Shown here piece by piece: positions 10,378 through 21,010 of a DNA stretch of 64,000 bases. A program made the position numbers and the translations under genes. The stretch covers positions 1-64,000 of the forward strand of contig JABSPL010000199.1 in assembly GCA_013215105.1 (NCBI GenBank), written 5' to 3'. This DNA is from Flavobacteriaceae bacterium. GTDB lineage: Bacteria > Bacteroidota > Bacteroidia > Flavobacteriales > Flavobacteriaceae. The notes below the pieces were generated by a model that was given only the letters and a program-made list of their open reading frames with translations, was not told the DNA's origin and did not search any database. Each line of letters begins with the position of its first letter. Position 1 is the stretch's first letter.

Positions 10378-11178
10378 CTACCTCTTCTGATAGGGGTACA
10401 TTTCATAATATTCATTATCCTCGTTTATACTATAACCTGCTTTTTTATCTTCTATATATTCATCGTAAATTTTACTCGACTGCACTTCCCTTCCTAGTTT
10501 CATAAGACAAACCGATTTATAAAACTTCACATCAGAGAAATTATTATACAATATTAATGCTCTATCAAACACAACTATCGCTTCTTCGTATTTTTCCAAT
10601 TCGTAAAGTGAGATACCAAGGTAAAAAAGCGATGTAGGGTTTATCCACTGCTCACCGTCTTCGGCAAATTGTTTATCTACATAGTTTGAAAACAACTCTT
10701 CTGCTTTATCGTATTGGGTAAGCCCCAGATAGCAAAGTCCTAAATAGAAATCATACGAATGATCCATAATATAGCCATCTTCTAATAATTCGGAAGCTTT
10801 ATTAAAATCTTCGATAGCCGATTTGTAGTTTTTAACAAAAATACATTTTATAAAAGCTCTATAATCTAACCATCTTTGCTTATCGTATTTCACAGCTTTG
10901 TTCAAATACTTCATACCTATTTCATATTTCCTTGCTTTAAAATAGGGCATAGCTTTTTCTTGCCACAACCTAGCTATAGTTTTATCTTGTTTTAAGCCTT
11001 TATCCAAGCATTGTTGCCAATCATTCATAGATATAGTATAGCTATGGGTTTTAGCACAATTAGTATAGTATTTGTCTATTATTTGGTTTTGAGATTTTAC
11101 TTTTTCTTCTAAACTTTTACAAGAGGAAAGTAACAGTAAAACTATTATGGCTCTGTTTCTATAAAGTATTGATAGCAT
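10378..11178 (-). CDS. tetratricopeptide-repeat lipoprotein
   Basis: lipobox LLSSCK; multiple TPR-like W-x-x-Y/A-x-x-L helices. Confidence 0.6.
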   Translation of the reverse strand: MLSILYRNRAIIVLLLLSSCKSLEEKVKSQNQIIDKYYTNCAKTHSYTISMNDWQQCLDKGLKQDKTIARLWQEKAMPYFKARKYEIGMKYLNKAVKYDKQRWLDYRAFIKCIFVKNYKSAIEDFNKASELLEDGYIMDHSYDFYLGLCYLGLTQYDKAEELFSNYVDKQFAEDGEQWINPTSLFYLGISLYELEKYEEAIVVFDRALILYNNFSDVKFYKSVCLMKLGREVQSSKIYDEYIEDKKAGYSINEDNEYYEMYPYQKR

Positions 11179-11263
11179 TTTTCTTAAATTCAGTATCCTA
11201 TTAATTGTAAATAAAAAAAGTCAATTCACCTAAGTAAATTGACTTTTTTAAGAATTATTTGTT

Positions 11264-11623
11264 TTATTCTACTATAATATTATCTCCTTTAGGATTCTCT
11301 CCGTATTCGTTACTTCCTATATCACTGTCTGTAACGAACAATACAAGTAGCCATATAGCCCCCACCAAAGGAATAAAAGCTATAAGATACATCCATCCAC
11401 TTTTCCCTATATCGTGAAGTCTTCTTACCGAAACAGCTAATTTAGGAATGAATAAAAGTACCGAATAAATAAATAAAAGATAATTATTTCCTGTTATATA
11501 TGACATCGCAGACAGTGATACTGTAAAAATAAAATTAAACAAAACGAACATCCAATATTCTTTTCGTCTAGCTCTCCCGTTAAAGTCTGCATATTGTTTT
11601 AAAACTTTTATATACCAATCCAT
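11264..11623 (-). CDS. DUF805 family inner-membrane protein
   Basis: 'GRARRKEYWMFVLFN' signature, 3 TM helices. Confidence 0.7.
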   Translation of the reverse strand: MDWYIKVLKQYADFNGRARRKEYWMFVLFNFIFTVSLSAMSYITGNNYLLFIYSVLLFIPKLAVSVRRLHDIGKSGWMYLIAFIPLVGAIWLLVLFVTDSDIGSNEYGENPKGDNIIVE

Positions 11624-11773
11624 TTTTATTCTTCCCTACTCATAGGCTTTTCGGTATCGCCTCGTTTTTTTAGTGATATCTGAACTTCACTTTCGATATA
11701 ACAAAAGCTAATATACATTATTTAAACAAATACTATTGAGTTTTATACATAAATATAATATGGTATAACACAA

Positions 11774-11810
11774 AAAAAAGGCAGACACTCGAAAGTATCT
11801 GCCTTTTTTA
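11774..11810. terminator. bidirectional terminator hairpin (ggcaga...tctgcc) flanked by A8/T6
   Basis: downstream of S8 peptidase gene stop (11847). Confidence 0.6.
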
Positions 11811-11846
11811 TATAATAGTAAAATCCTTAATAAAAAGGAATTTATA

Positions 11847-13523
11847 TTATTTTTTACCGTTAACTATTTTGTCTGCCATTACAACAGCGTTATATGCGTT
11901 AACAATTCTACCAGTAACTGAGATATCCGAAAGTAAAACTTTTTCAGTACTACCTGGTTTCAATATTTCTATATTCATTTTAGTCCCAGAGTTCATTATT
12001 ATATGTTTCACCTGACTAGCAGACAATTTAGGATAATAAGATCTTATAAGTGCTGCAACACCAGCTACCGAAGGAGCCGCCATAGAAGTACCACTCATTT
12101 GCTTATACTCATTATTAGGTATAGTAGAATATATCTGATGACCTGGAGCAAAAACATCGACATTATGTTTTCCATAATTAGAGAAACTAGCCAATAATTT
12201 ATCATCATTACTAAAACTTAAAGCTCCTATAGTAAGTACATTATCAGAGAATTCAATAAAGTCTTTACTAGCATCAGTAGGGAAAGAATTAGTGACATCG
12301 ATATCAGCAGCATCGTTACCTGCAGCGTTTACTAACAATACATCGTGAGCTGCAGCATACTTTATAGCTTCAGTTACCCATATTTGTTCAGGAGAATAAC
12401 CTTTACCGAAACTCATGTTTATAACTTTAGCCCCGTTGTTTACAGCATATCTTATTCCTAATGCAATATCTTTATCTCTTTCATCTCCATCAGGTACAGC
12501 CCTAAGTGCCATTATAGATACGTTGTCAGCAACACCATTCATACCTTTGTCATTACCTCTTACTGCTGCTATTATTCCTGCAACGTGAGTACCGTGACTT
12601 TCATCTTCTTTCGAACCTATTACAAATCTGTTTCCGTAGTCTTTATCGTCTATATTAGTAACATCATCGCTAGTCATTCTTCCTTTGAAGTTAACATCGT
12701 AATTAGGAGAATCTTTCTGATTAGTATAATGTTCTATAGCTCCATCCAATTGCTCTAACATAGCAGGTAAGCCTTCTGGATTACTAGCAACATACATCAT
12801 TTTACCTTTTGCTTCTTTCATAAAATCACTAAGAGTAGTGTCATCAATAGCATTAAGGTCTTCTACCGAATATTTATCTTTTCCTAAAAGCTTAACTATA
12901 CTATCGTTAGAGTTTATAAAAGTTTGTTTCATTTTAGTATAGAACTCACTCTGAAAACCAGCTTTTTCTACTCTTTCTTTTATTTTACCCGCTAATTCAG
13001 TATATAAATCGTAGTTTTCTTTGTCTTCTTCAGAAACCTCCTCTTTAGTTTTACCTTCGAACTGAGATTGATATTTAGCTACTATTCTAGTCATTTCTAA
13101 CTGTTCAGGAGCATCAACACCTTCACCTCCCAAAAAGTTCCAACCGTTTATATCGTCTATATATCCGTTTTTATCATCATCTATATTGTTACCTGCTATC
13201 TCATCTTCGTTTACCCAAGTAATAGACATTAAGTCTTCATGCTCTATATCTAACCCCGAGTCTAACACTGCAACTATAGTATTTATCGATTTTTTACCTT
13301 CCAAAAACTTATATGCTTTTTCAGTACTAAGCCCCGGGATAGTATCCTTTGCTAAGTCTAAATGCATCCAGTTGTTCATTTCATTTTCGCTAAGCACTGC
13401 TTTTTTAGCACCTATGTTCACTATATTATCTATCCCTACTGGCACCTCTCTGTTCTGAACCGACTTACATCCTACCAAAGAAAGTCCTGCTATTGCCAAA
13501 AGACCTATTTTCTTATTTATCAT
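11847..13523 (-). CDS. subtilisin-like serine peptidase (S8 family) lipoprotein
   Basis: D/H/S catalytic motifs (DSGLD, HGTHVAGIIAA, GTSMAAP); lipobox VGCKS. Confidence 0.85.
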   Translation of the reverse strand: MINKKIGLLAIAGLSLVGCKSVQNREVPVGIDNIVNIGAKKAVLSENEMNNWMHLDLAKDTIPGLSTEKAYKFLEGKKSINTIVAVLDSGLDIEHEDLMSITWVNEDEIAGNNIDDDKNGYIDDINGWNFLGGEGVDAPEQLEMTRIVAKYQSQFEGKTKEEVSEEDKENYDLYTELAGKIKERVEKAGFQSEFYTKMKQTFINSNDSIVKLLGKDKYSVEDLNAIDDTTLSDFMKEAKGKMMYVASNPEGLPAMLEQLDGAIEHYTNQKDSPNYDVNFKGRMTSDDVTNIDDKDYGNRFVIGSKEDESHGTHVAGIIAAVRGNDKGMNGVADNVSIMALRAVPDGDERDKDIALGIRYAVNNGAKVINMSFGKGYSPEQIWVTEAIKYAAAHDVLLVNAAGNDAADIDVTNSFPTDASKDFIEFSDNVLTIGALSFSNDDKLLASFSNYGKHNVDVFAPGHQIYSTIPNNEYKQMSGTSMAAPSVAGVAALIRSYYPKLSASQVKHIIMNSGTKMNIEILKPGSTEKVLLSDISVTGRIVNAYNAVVMADKIVNGKK

Positions 13524-13547
13524 TCTATTTATATTTATTGGTTTTTT

Positions 13548-14441
13548 TTAAAAAATTTCATTCCATTTAAAGGTTTCTGATAGCCTTATACCTCTTTCTG
13601 TTTTTTTCAATGTACACAATTCATTTACACTATCGTGCTCCATAAAGATATAGTAATCATTATCAACAACCATATTAAGAAAATCAGATTTTTCGCTCAT
13701 AGTAAGTAAAGGTCTAGTGTCGTAACCCATAACATAAGCCAGAGGAATATGTCCTACAGTAGGTAACATGTCAGCCGCAAAAACTATAGTCTTACCTTTG
13801 TATTTAATTATAGGTATCATTTGTTTTTCGGTATGCCCGTCAACGTATAGCACCGAAAAGTTCAGAGGTGATTCTTCTAAGATACTACCTTTACCTTTGT
13901 TTACAAATTTAAGTTGTCCGCTTTCTTGTATTGGAAATATATTTTCTTTAAGAAAGGAAGCTTTTTCTCTAGGATTTGGTTCTGTAGCCCAAAGCCAATG
14001 TTGCTCGTTAGACCAATATGTTGCATTTTTGAATGCGGGTCTATAACCCTGTTTGTTCTCTGTCCATTCTACAGAGCCTCCACAATGATCAAAATGTAAG
14101 TGAGTCAAAAATACATCGGTGATATCGTCTTTAGTAAAACCGTGCTTAGCCAAAGATTGTTCTAAACTAAAATCACCAAAAAGATGAAAATGCCCAAAAA
14201 ACTTTTCGGATTGTTTATTCCCTATACCTGTATCTATAAGTATAAGTCTATCTCCATCTTCTATAAGCATAGAACGCATGCTTAAAGTTATAAGATTATT
14301 AGAATCGGCAGGATTCGTTTTCTGCCAAATGGTTTTTGGCACTACTCCAAACATAGCTCCTCCGTCTAGTTTAAGATTTCCTGTCTCTATAGGGTATATT
14401 GTCATGAGTTCCTTTAATACTAAATTATATAATTGTCCCAA
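13548..14441 (-). CDS. MBL-fold metallo-hydrolase
   Basis: THLHFDHCGG zinc-binding motif. Confidence 0.8.
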   Translation of the reverse strand: MGQLYNLVLKELMTIYPIETGNLKLDGGAMFGVVPKTIWQKTNPADSNNLITLSMRSMLIEDGDRLILIDTGIGNKQSEKFFGHFHLFGDFSLEQSLAKHGFTKDDITDVFLTHLHFDHCGGSVEWTENKQGYRPAFKNATYWSNEQHWLWATEPNPREKASFLKENIFPIQESGQLKFVNKGKGSILEESPLNFSVLYVDGHTEKQMIPIIKYKGKTIVFAADMLPTVGHIPLAYVMGYDTRPLLTMSEKSDFLNMVVDNDYYIFMEHDSVNELCTLKKTERGIRLSETFKWNEIF

Positions 14442-15089
14442 AATTATATAATTTAGTTTAATAAACTATTATATAATTTTATAATTAATTGTTAAATACG
14501 ATATGCAAAACAAATACATTTCCACAAGAAAAAAGGCATCTATAAAAGATACCTTTTTTTCCCTTTTCGATTACACTTTAAATATTATTACATAAGTGCA
14601 CTTTATAGCAATCCCCCCGCCTTATAAGTCTATAAAATATTACATTTACCGACTTTCGAACACTACTTTTTTTAGTAGCGATTATCAAATGTAAACATTA
14701 TTATTCATATACACAAGTTTTTACGTAATTTCATATATTTACTTACACTGGTTCTCTATAAAAAAATTCCATTTATTGGAACTTTCTTATAGACCATCCA
14801 ATCTTTAGTCAGATAGTAAATTTACTAAAAAAAAAGTAAAACACATACTATCCTTTTCAAACACTGTATGGCAAATAACATATAAATCTGAAAGCTCAAC
14901 CAGAAGGGTGAAATATGATGTATAATATACCGTACCTACGGTATAAGCCTAAAACCAAAACAATAGTTACATTAATAAATATTGAATAGTCAAAACAAGG
15001 ATATTGAGGTTGGGCTGTACCACCCCTCTACGAGATATCCCAACGGTTAACCTCTTATATATTTTTATTTTAAACTAAAGCTAATACCA

Positions 15090-15245
15090 ATTAAATTTCT
15101 AAATGTCATAATAGAAATAGAATTATTTATTGCTTTAACAAGGCGAAAAATCTAAGTATAGCCTTAGCTATGGTTCTATTTTTTAACGCTGGTAAAGTGA
15201 AAAAGAAACTATATATATAGGACAGATGGATGTTTAACTGGTATA
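15090..15245. repeat. ~160-bp intergenic repeat element, copy A (two more copies at 50.3-50.7 kb)
   Basis: 'ttctaaatgtcataatagaaatagaattattta...aaaaagaaactatatatataggacagatggatgtttaa' matches 50535-50695 and partially 50335-50440. Confidence 0.6.
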
Positions 15246-15254
15246 AACCAAATA

Positions 15255-16418
15255 TTGAAATATTTTTCATACTTTAGTACAGTAATAAAAAAGAAAACTA
15301 TTATGAAGAAATTAATATCAGAAAACATATATATAACCACATTATATCGTCTAGTAATAATCATATTTTTAGCCTCAATAATATCTTGTAAAGGACAAAA
15401 CAACAACAAACAAGTACAAGTCAACCGGCCAGTAAAACCAGAGCTAACCAGAAGAAGTTTTCGTACCAAAACACCTGTTTTTGAACAATATCATTCTAAT
15501 TTAGACGGTATAGTTAGCGAGTTTGTAAGAAAAATGTATCAAGACACCAGTGGTAATATATGGTTTGGTACCAATGGAGACTATACCGTCGGCTATAACG
15601 GGACATCTATGCAATGGTTTACTGCCGACCAAGGTGCCTATGGTTCTGCCATAAGAGGTATTGCCGAAGATAAATACGGTAATATATGGTTTGGAACATC
15701 GTCAGGGCTTAACAAGTACGATGGTAAATCATTTACTAATTTCTCCGAAAAACACGGCTTACTAAATAACGAAATATGGGGGATAGAGATAGACAATAGC
15801 GGAAAAATATGGGTGGGTTCTGGAGGAGGACTTAGCGTTTTTGACGGTAAGAAATTCACGACTTTTAACTTCCCTAAAGCCGATATAGAAAACCCAAAAC
15901 CTATGCTTTCACTAGATAGAGTTTCAAGAATAATACAAGTAAAAAATGGTGATATATGGTTTATTAACGACGGACAAGGCATTTGTATATTCGACGGAAA
16001 GACTATAAAACACTTGACTGACAAAAACGGGCTTACCACCAATAATATTGCCGATCTTTTTGAAGATAGCAAGGGCAATATATGGATAGGGACCTATTTT
16101 GGAGGTGTTAGCAAATACGATGGAAAGAAGTTTATAAACTACACCAAAGATGGTATTATTAAAGGTATAGAAGCATATAATTTTTGTGAGGACAATAAAG
16201 GTAATATTTGGTTTTCGGTAGAAAATATTGGAGTCTACAGCTACGATGGTGAAAACTTCACTTTGTTCACCAGTAAAGACGGGTTAGCATCTAATACAAT
16301 ACAAAGCATAATGGCTGACAACAAGGGGCAGATATGGTTTGCTACTTGGTCAGGAATAAGTATCTATGACGGTAAAACCTTTACGGACGCCAGAGATAGA
16401 GAACCATGGCTTAAATAA
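15255..16418 (+). CDS. two-component-regulator-propeller (Reg_prop) repeat lipoprotein, orphan sensor-type beta-propeller
   Basis: about 8 repeats of GNIWFGT..GL..YDGK.F; lipobox IISCKG; likely true start Met at 15303. Confidence 0.7.
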   Translation: MKYFSYFSTVIKKKTIMKKLISENIYITTLYRLVIIIFLASIISCKGQNNNKQVQVNRPVKPELTRRSFRTKTPVFEQYHSNLDGIVSEFVRKMYQDTSGNIWFGTNGDYTVGYNGTSMQWFTADQGAYGSAIRGIAEDKYGNIWFGTSSGLNKYDGKSFTNFSEKHGLLNNEIWGIEIDNSGKIWVGSGGGLSVFDGKKFTTFNFPKADIENPKPMLSLDRVSRIIQVKNGDIWFINDGQGICIFDGKTIKHLTDKNGLTTNNIADLFEDSKGNIWIGTYFGGVSKYDGKKFINYTKDGIIKGIEAYNFCEDNKGNIWFSVENIGVYSYDGENFTLFTSKDGLASNTIQSIMADNKGQIWFATWSGISIYDGKTFTDARDREPWLK

Positions 16419-16520
16419 TTATGACAAACGGACTATAACAATATACACCACCTTTAATAAACTTCAATTACAACTATCAGAACAAGCTACATTTACCAAT
16501 TAAATAATACATCTGATTTT

Positions 16521-16892
16521 TTAGCTATTCATTATTTTTACAACTCCAGTTTTGTATAAATCTAATGCTTTTTTTAAAATACATTCAATCGTGTTAATAT
16601 CTATATCTTTATTAGGATTCACTCTTAAAATCTTCATTCGGGAACGACTTCCTTGTTCCAAAACAGGATGAGTAAGGTGCTTTCCTTCTACCATTAATAT
16701 ATACGGCTCATCTGTTTTCTTGTCAATCCACAGGTAGCAAAACATTTTTTTCTTATAACAAAAACAAGGCATTCCATATTTTTTGGTTTCGGATATATTT
16801 TCACCTACATTAAGGATAAGGCTACGCAAAGCCAATAAACAACTTTTGTTTGGCTCTTTTATATTAAAATAAAAATCATCTGTGTCTTTCAT
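16521..16892 (-). CDS. DUF1801 (YdhG-like) domain protein
   Basis: length and conserved 'KKYGMPCF...YL' core. Confidence 0.5.
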   Translation of the reverse strand: MKDTDDFYFNIKEPNKSCLLALRSLILNVGENISETKKYGMPCFCYKKKMFCYLWIDKKTDEPYILMVEGKHLTHPVLEQGSRSRMKILRVNPNKDIDINTIECILKKALDLYKTGVVKIMNS

Positions 16893-16932
16893 AATATTTA
16901 TATGTTAGTGAACATCCTAATATGTTTCAGAA

Positions 16933-17409
16933 TTATAAATTAATAATTGGTATCCATATTTCTTCTTCCGAATTAGGATCATTACTTTTGTATTTGTCGC
17001 CCAATACCTCAAAGTGAGGTCTATTGTCCAATTCATACTCCGAATTAGGTAGCCAAGACTCAAATATATACTGAAATATACTAATATCCGAACTAGAACC
17101 TTTATAATAGAAAACAGCATAAAGCCCCCCTGACAAAGTGAATGATTCCATCTGATTAGGAATATTATCGAAATTGGTTACTTCAACTGTTGCCCATTTT
17201 TCAAACTCATTGCTAGGTTCAAAATTTTCATAATATAAGGAATCATAAACTTGCATAGAAACCAGTTCTGTCGTTATATTGTTCTTTATTTCATTTATTC
17301 TAGGTGTGAACTCAGCCCAAAGCTTATGAGTCAAGTTATTTGTCAAACTCATTTTTATTCGTTTTCCAATTAATTTCTTACCTTTTATGTTTTTTATACT
17401 AGGTTTCAT
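16933..17409 (-). CDS. GyrI-like small-molecule-binding domain protein (AraC effector-binding fold)
   Basis: 'LWAEF...VYD...WATVEV...FTLSGGLYAVFYYKG' pattern. Confidence 0.6.
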   Translation of the reverse strand: MKPSIKNIKGKKLIGKRIKMSLTNNLTHKLWAEFTPRINEIKNNITTELVSMQVYDSLYYENFEPSNEFEKWATVEVTNFDNIPNQMESFTLSGGLYAVFYYKGSSSDISIFQYIFESWLPNSEYELDNRPHFEVLGDKYKSNDPNSEEEIWIPIINL

Positions 17410-17591
17410 TAGTTTTATATTCTTATGATTGAGGGTTTGATATGTGTTTTAATTATTTAAAGATATATTTAAATCTAGAGCCTTTGAATTATAGAGGTGT
17501 ATAAGGGTTTTGAATTGTAGAAAATCATAAATCCTTGGTTTAGAAATTTCAAAAAAATAAAACACAAAATATTCTTAATCACAAAAGGGTA

Positions 17592-19766
17592 TCAAAAACA
17601 CATAGAAAGCTGAATTCTTTTACGTTCCAAATCAACTTCCTCTACTCTAACTTCTACCTGTTGTTGTAGTTTGACTATATCGTTTATATCTTTCACAAAA
17701 TTATTAGACAACTTAGAAACATGAACCAAACCACTTTCTTTGATACCTATATCGACAAAACAGCCGAAATTGGTGATATTGTTAACTATACCAGGTAATA
17801 TATCTCCTGTTTTTAGGTCATTTATAGTTTTTATACTCTTGTCAAACTCAAAATTCTTAAGAGGTTCTCTAGGATCTAAACCTGGTTTTTTTAGCTCGTC
17901 TATTATATCTTTCAAGGTAGAGACACCTATGTTTTCATCTTTGTAAACCGAAACATCTATACTATCAAGCAAGTCTTTGTTCGAAATAAGACTTGCCAAG
18001 TCTATATTGTTGTCTTTAGCTATTTTATTTATAAGACTATATCTTTCAGGGTGAATTCTGGTATTATCCAGAGGGTTTTTAGCATTTTCTATTCTCAAAA
18101 AAGCTATACTTTGCTCATAAGCTTTATCTCCTAATCGCTTTACCTTTCTCAGTTGCTTCCGGTCAGTAAAAGCACCATTTTCGGTTCTGTAAACAACTAT
18201 ATTTTCGGCAAGTTTAGGGCCTATACCCGACACATAACTAAGTAAATATTTACTAGCAGTATTCAAATTAACCCCTACTTTATTCACACAATGCTCTACC
18301 GTATTGTCAAGTTCACTTTTAAGTTTAGTAGCGTCAACATCGTGTTGATATTGTCCTACTCCTATTGATTTAGCATCTATTTTGACAAGTTCCGCTAAGG
18401 GGTCGGCAAGCCTACGACCTATAGAAATAGCCCCTCTTTGAGTAAGGTCTATATCGGGGAACTCCTCTCTTGCCACTTCCGACGCCGAGTATATAGATGC
18501 ACCAGCCTCGCTAACTACAAAAACAGAAATATCACTATCTAGGTTTAGTTTGTTTATAAACTCTTCGGTCTCCCTCGAAGCCGTACCATTACCTATAGCG
18601 ATAGCTTCTATATTGTATTTTTTTATGTGATTAGCTACAGTATCGGCAGCCTCCAAGTATTTCATCTGTGGCTCGTGAGGATATATAGTGTTATATTTAA
18701 GAAAATCTCCTTGCTTGTTAAGGCTCACAACCTTACAACCCGACCTAAAACCAGGGTCTATTGCCAATATATTCTTACCCGACAAAGGTGATGAAAGTAA
18801 TAATTGCTCCAAATTGGTAGAAAACACTTTTATAGCTATATCTTCTGCTTTTGTTCGGTAAAGACTTAAAGTTTCGTTCGAAATAGCTGGTTCTAACAAT
18901 CTTTTATACGAATCGGCTATTGCAAGTTTTATTTGTTCGGTGCTCTGACTGTTTCCTTTTGCTAGTTTTCGTTCGATAAACGAGATAGACACCTCCTTGT
19001 CTATAGTTGTTTTTGTTTTTATAAAACCTTCATTTTCGGCTCTGAGTATAGCCAATAACCTATGCGAACTACATTTGCTGATATTGGTAGTCATATTAAA
19101 ATAGTCTCTATACTTCTGAGCTTTGGGGTCTTTTTCTTTAGATTTTACTACTTTACTAACAACAGTTGCTCCTTCCGAAAATCTTCGTCTAAGTCCGTTT
19201 CTGATAAGCATATTCTCACTAACCCACTCGGATATTATATGCCTAGCACCTTCCAAAACCTCATCTTTATTCTTTATATTTTCATTAGTAAAACTATCGG
19301 CATATTTGGAGATATTCATATTAGTATCTTCCATTATTTTCTGGGCAAGAGGTTCTAAACCGTTCTTGCGAGCTACTTCTGCTTTAGTTTTACGCTTTTT
19401 CTTATGCGGAAGATAATAATCTTCTAAGTCAGAAAGACTTTGAGTTTTGTTTATATTATCGAACAACGAACTATCCGAAACTCCTCTTTCGTTAAGAGTT
19501 TTTAGTATATATTCTTTTCTTTTGGAAAGTTCTTCGTAGTTCTTTTTACTCTTTTCTATTTCAAAAATATCAACTTCGTTTAAGCCTCCCGTTTTTTCTT
19601 TTCTGTAACGAGATATAAAAGGAATACTATAGTCTTGGTTAAGCATAGACACCGTGTTAGTTATCTTGGTAGTATCTAGTCTGGTGTTGTTTTTTATAAA
19701 CGAAATTAAGCTCATTGATATTGTTTTTTTTGAAAGTGTAAGATATAAAAAAACTAGATTTTTCAT
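17592..19766 (-). CDS. tex: Tex-like transcription accessory protein (YqgF/HhH/S1 domains)
   Basis: N-terminal 'ISRYRKEKTGGLNE', YqgF-like RNase H fold, HhH, C-terminal S1 domain; true start probably Met at 19715. Confidence 0.9.
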   Translation of the reverse strand: MKNLVFLYLTLSKKTISMSLISFIKNNTRLDTTKITNTVSMLNQDYSIPFISRYRKEKTGGLNEVDIFEIEKSKKNYEELSKRKEYILKTLNERGVSDSSLFDNINKTQSLSDLEDYYLPHKKKRKTKAEVARKNGLEPLAQKIMEDTNMNISKYADSFTNENIKNKDEVLEGARHIISEWVSENMLIRNGLRRRFSEGATVVSKVVKSKEKDPKAQKYRDYFNMTTNISKCSSHRLLAILRAENEGFIKTKTTIDKEVSISFIERKLAKGNSQSTEQIKLAIADSYKRLLEPAISNETLSLYRTKAEDIAIKVFSTNLEQLLLSSPLSGKNILAIDPGFRSGCKVVSLNKQGDFLKYNTIYPHEPQMKYLEAADTVANHIKKYNIEAIAIGNGTASRETEEFINKLNLDSDISVFVVSEAGASIYSASEVAREEFPDIDLTQRGAISIGRRLADPLAELVKIDAKSIGVGQYQHDVDATKLKSELDNTVEHCVNKVGVNLNTASKYLLSYVSGIGPKLAENIVVYRTENGAFTDRKQLRKVKRLGDKAYEQSIAFLRIENAKNPLDNTRIHPERYSLINKIAKDNNIDLASLISNKDLLDSIDVSVYKDENIGVSTLKDIIDELKKPGLDPREPLKNFEFDKSIKTINDLKTGDILPGIVNNITNFGCFVDIGIKESGLVHVSKLSNNFVKDINDIVKLQQQVEVRVEEVDLERKRIQLSMCF

Positions 19767-19788
19767 ATGATAAAATGCTGGTTTTTTT

Positions 19789-19829
19789 TGTGGGGTTTAG
19801 TATGTTCAAGAAGTGTCAACTATTATTCA
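19789..19829. repeat. 41-bp perfect direct repeat, left copy (tgtggggtttagtatgttcaagaagtgtcaactattattca)
   Basis: identical to 21742-21782. Confidence 0.9.
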
Positions 19830-19847
19830 GGACTATTGTTTTAGCTT

Positions 19848-20321
19848 CTAGTTTGTTTTGTTGGTCTCGGTTGAATCATATCTATAAATATCAACGTCTG
19901 TAGTTGTCTTAGTTTTATATATAAATTCTATCGTTCTTAGATCGTGTCCAAGTGTAGGAGTTGACTGCTCTTGATTAGTATCAATGTCCATAACAATTCC
20001 TAAAACCGAAGTCAAATCCAAGTCCCTTTTTAGTTTATTTATTATTTCGATTTTATCGTAAAGTAGGTCTACTATTTCTGTAACTATATTATCAAGAAAG
20101 ATTGATTCTTTCCCTTTCTCTGTCGATAATTCCCAGCATGAGTATTTCGTTCTTGGGTTATAAATTCCTTTATCACCTTTTCGCCAACTGACCGTAGGTT
20201 TTGTACCTAGCATATTAGTCACTATTTCTGGGTCAAAGTCGTCCCCTTGGAGAGCAAAGTATATGTAAGAGTTAGATTTTTCCATTTCTATTTTTTTTTG
20301 ATGTTCTACAACGACTAGCAT
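19848..20321 (-). CDS. DUF4279-like hypothetical protein
   Basis: 'YFALQGDDFDPEIVTNMLGTKPTVSWRKGDKG' resembles DUF4279 N-terminal signature. Confidence 0.5.
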   Translation of the reverse strand: MLVVVEHQKKIEMEKSNSYIYFALQGDDFDPEIVTNMLGTKPTVSWRKGDKGIYNPRTKYSCWELSTEKGKESIFLDNIVTEIVDLLYDKIEIINKLKRDLDLTSVLGIVMDIDTNQEQSTPTLGHDLRTIEFIYKTKTTTDVDIYRYDSTETNKTN

Positions 20322-20444
20322 ATGCGGTGTAGGAGTTTTCGAAGAGCTACTTTATATTCATAAACCGAACACCATTAGTATATACGAACTCCATTCCTAA
20401 GGTACTTTTCCTATGGATTATATGCAGAGTTAACAACAGTTTAA

Positions 20445-20891
20445 TTATTTGTGTTTGAGATTATATTCTTTTTCATATTCAGCGTCATCCACGTAATCCA
20501 ACATATTACCAAATTCTTTTATGAAGATGTCGGTAGCAATATTATCAGTTGAAAACTCATACATCAAATAATTCTCTTCATGTGTACCTCCGATCTGCCC
20601 TTTGATATGTACTAGACCATCTTTACTCATTGTAAACTCAACAAAGGCATTTGAATCATTATCCTCAATTTTAGTATGTCCTTGATTTGAACTAGTCATA
20701 TCGATTAAATCAGCACACAGTTTTTCAATTTGATCTTTTCGAATACAAAAGTGACTTGTTCCTGAAAATTTGCCACTTCTTACTGTTAGGTCAAATGTCA
20801 AATTAACCTGTACCATATATCTAGTAGCAAAGGAAATTTCATCTTTCGCGTCTGTAGATTTTAACTCTATTTTATCTGCTAATTCTAACAT
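20445..20891 (-). CDS. hypothetical protein (no recognisable domain)
   Basis: 148-aa ORF, coding-like composition, same strand as neighbours. Confidence 0.5.
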   Translation of the reverse strand: MLELADKIELKSTDAKDEISFATRYMVQVNLTFDLTVRSGKFSGTSHFCIRKDQIEKLCADLIDMTSSNQGHTKIEDNDSNAFVEFTMSKDGLVHIKGQIGGTHEENYLMYEFSTDNIATDIFIKEFGNMLDYVDDAEYEKEYNLKHK

Positions 20892-21010
20892 TTATTTATT
20901 GTTCAATTGCTACTAACGGCTAGAATATATGACGTAGGGGCTTCGAAGTTCTACATTCAATTTCTAAACTACTATCCCTATAGATTGTATGTCTTGTTGT
21001 GCAACGTATT

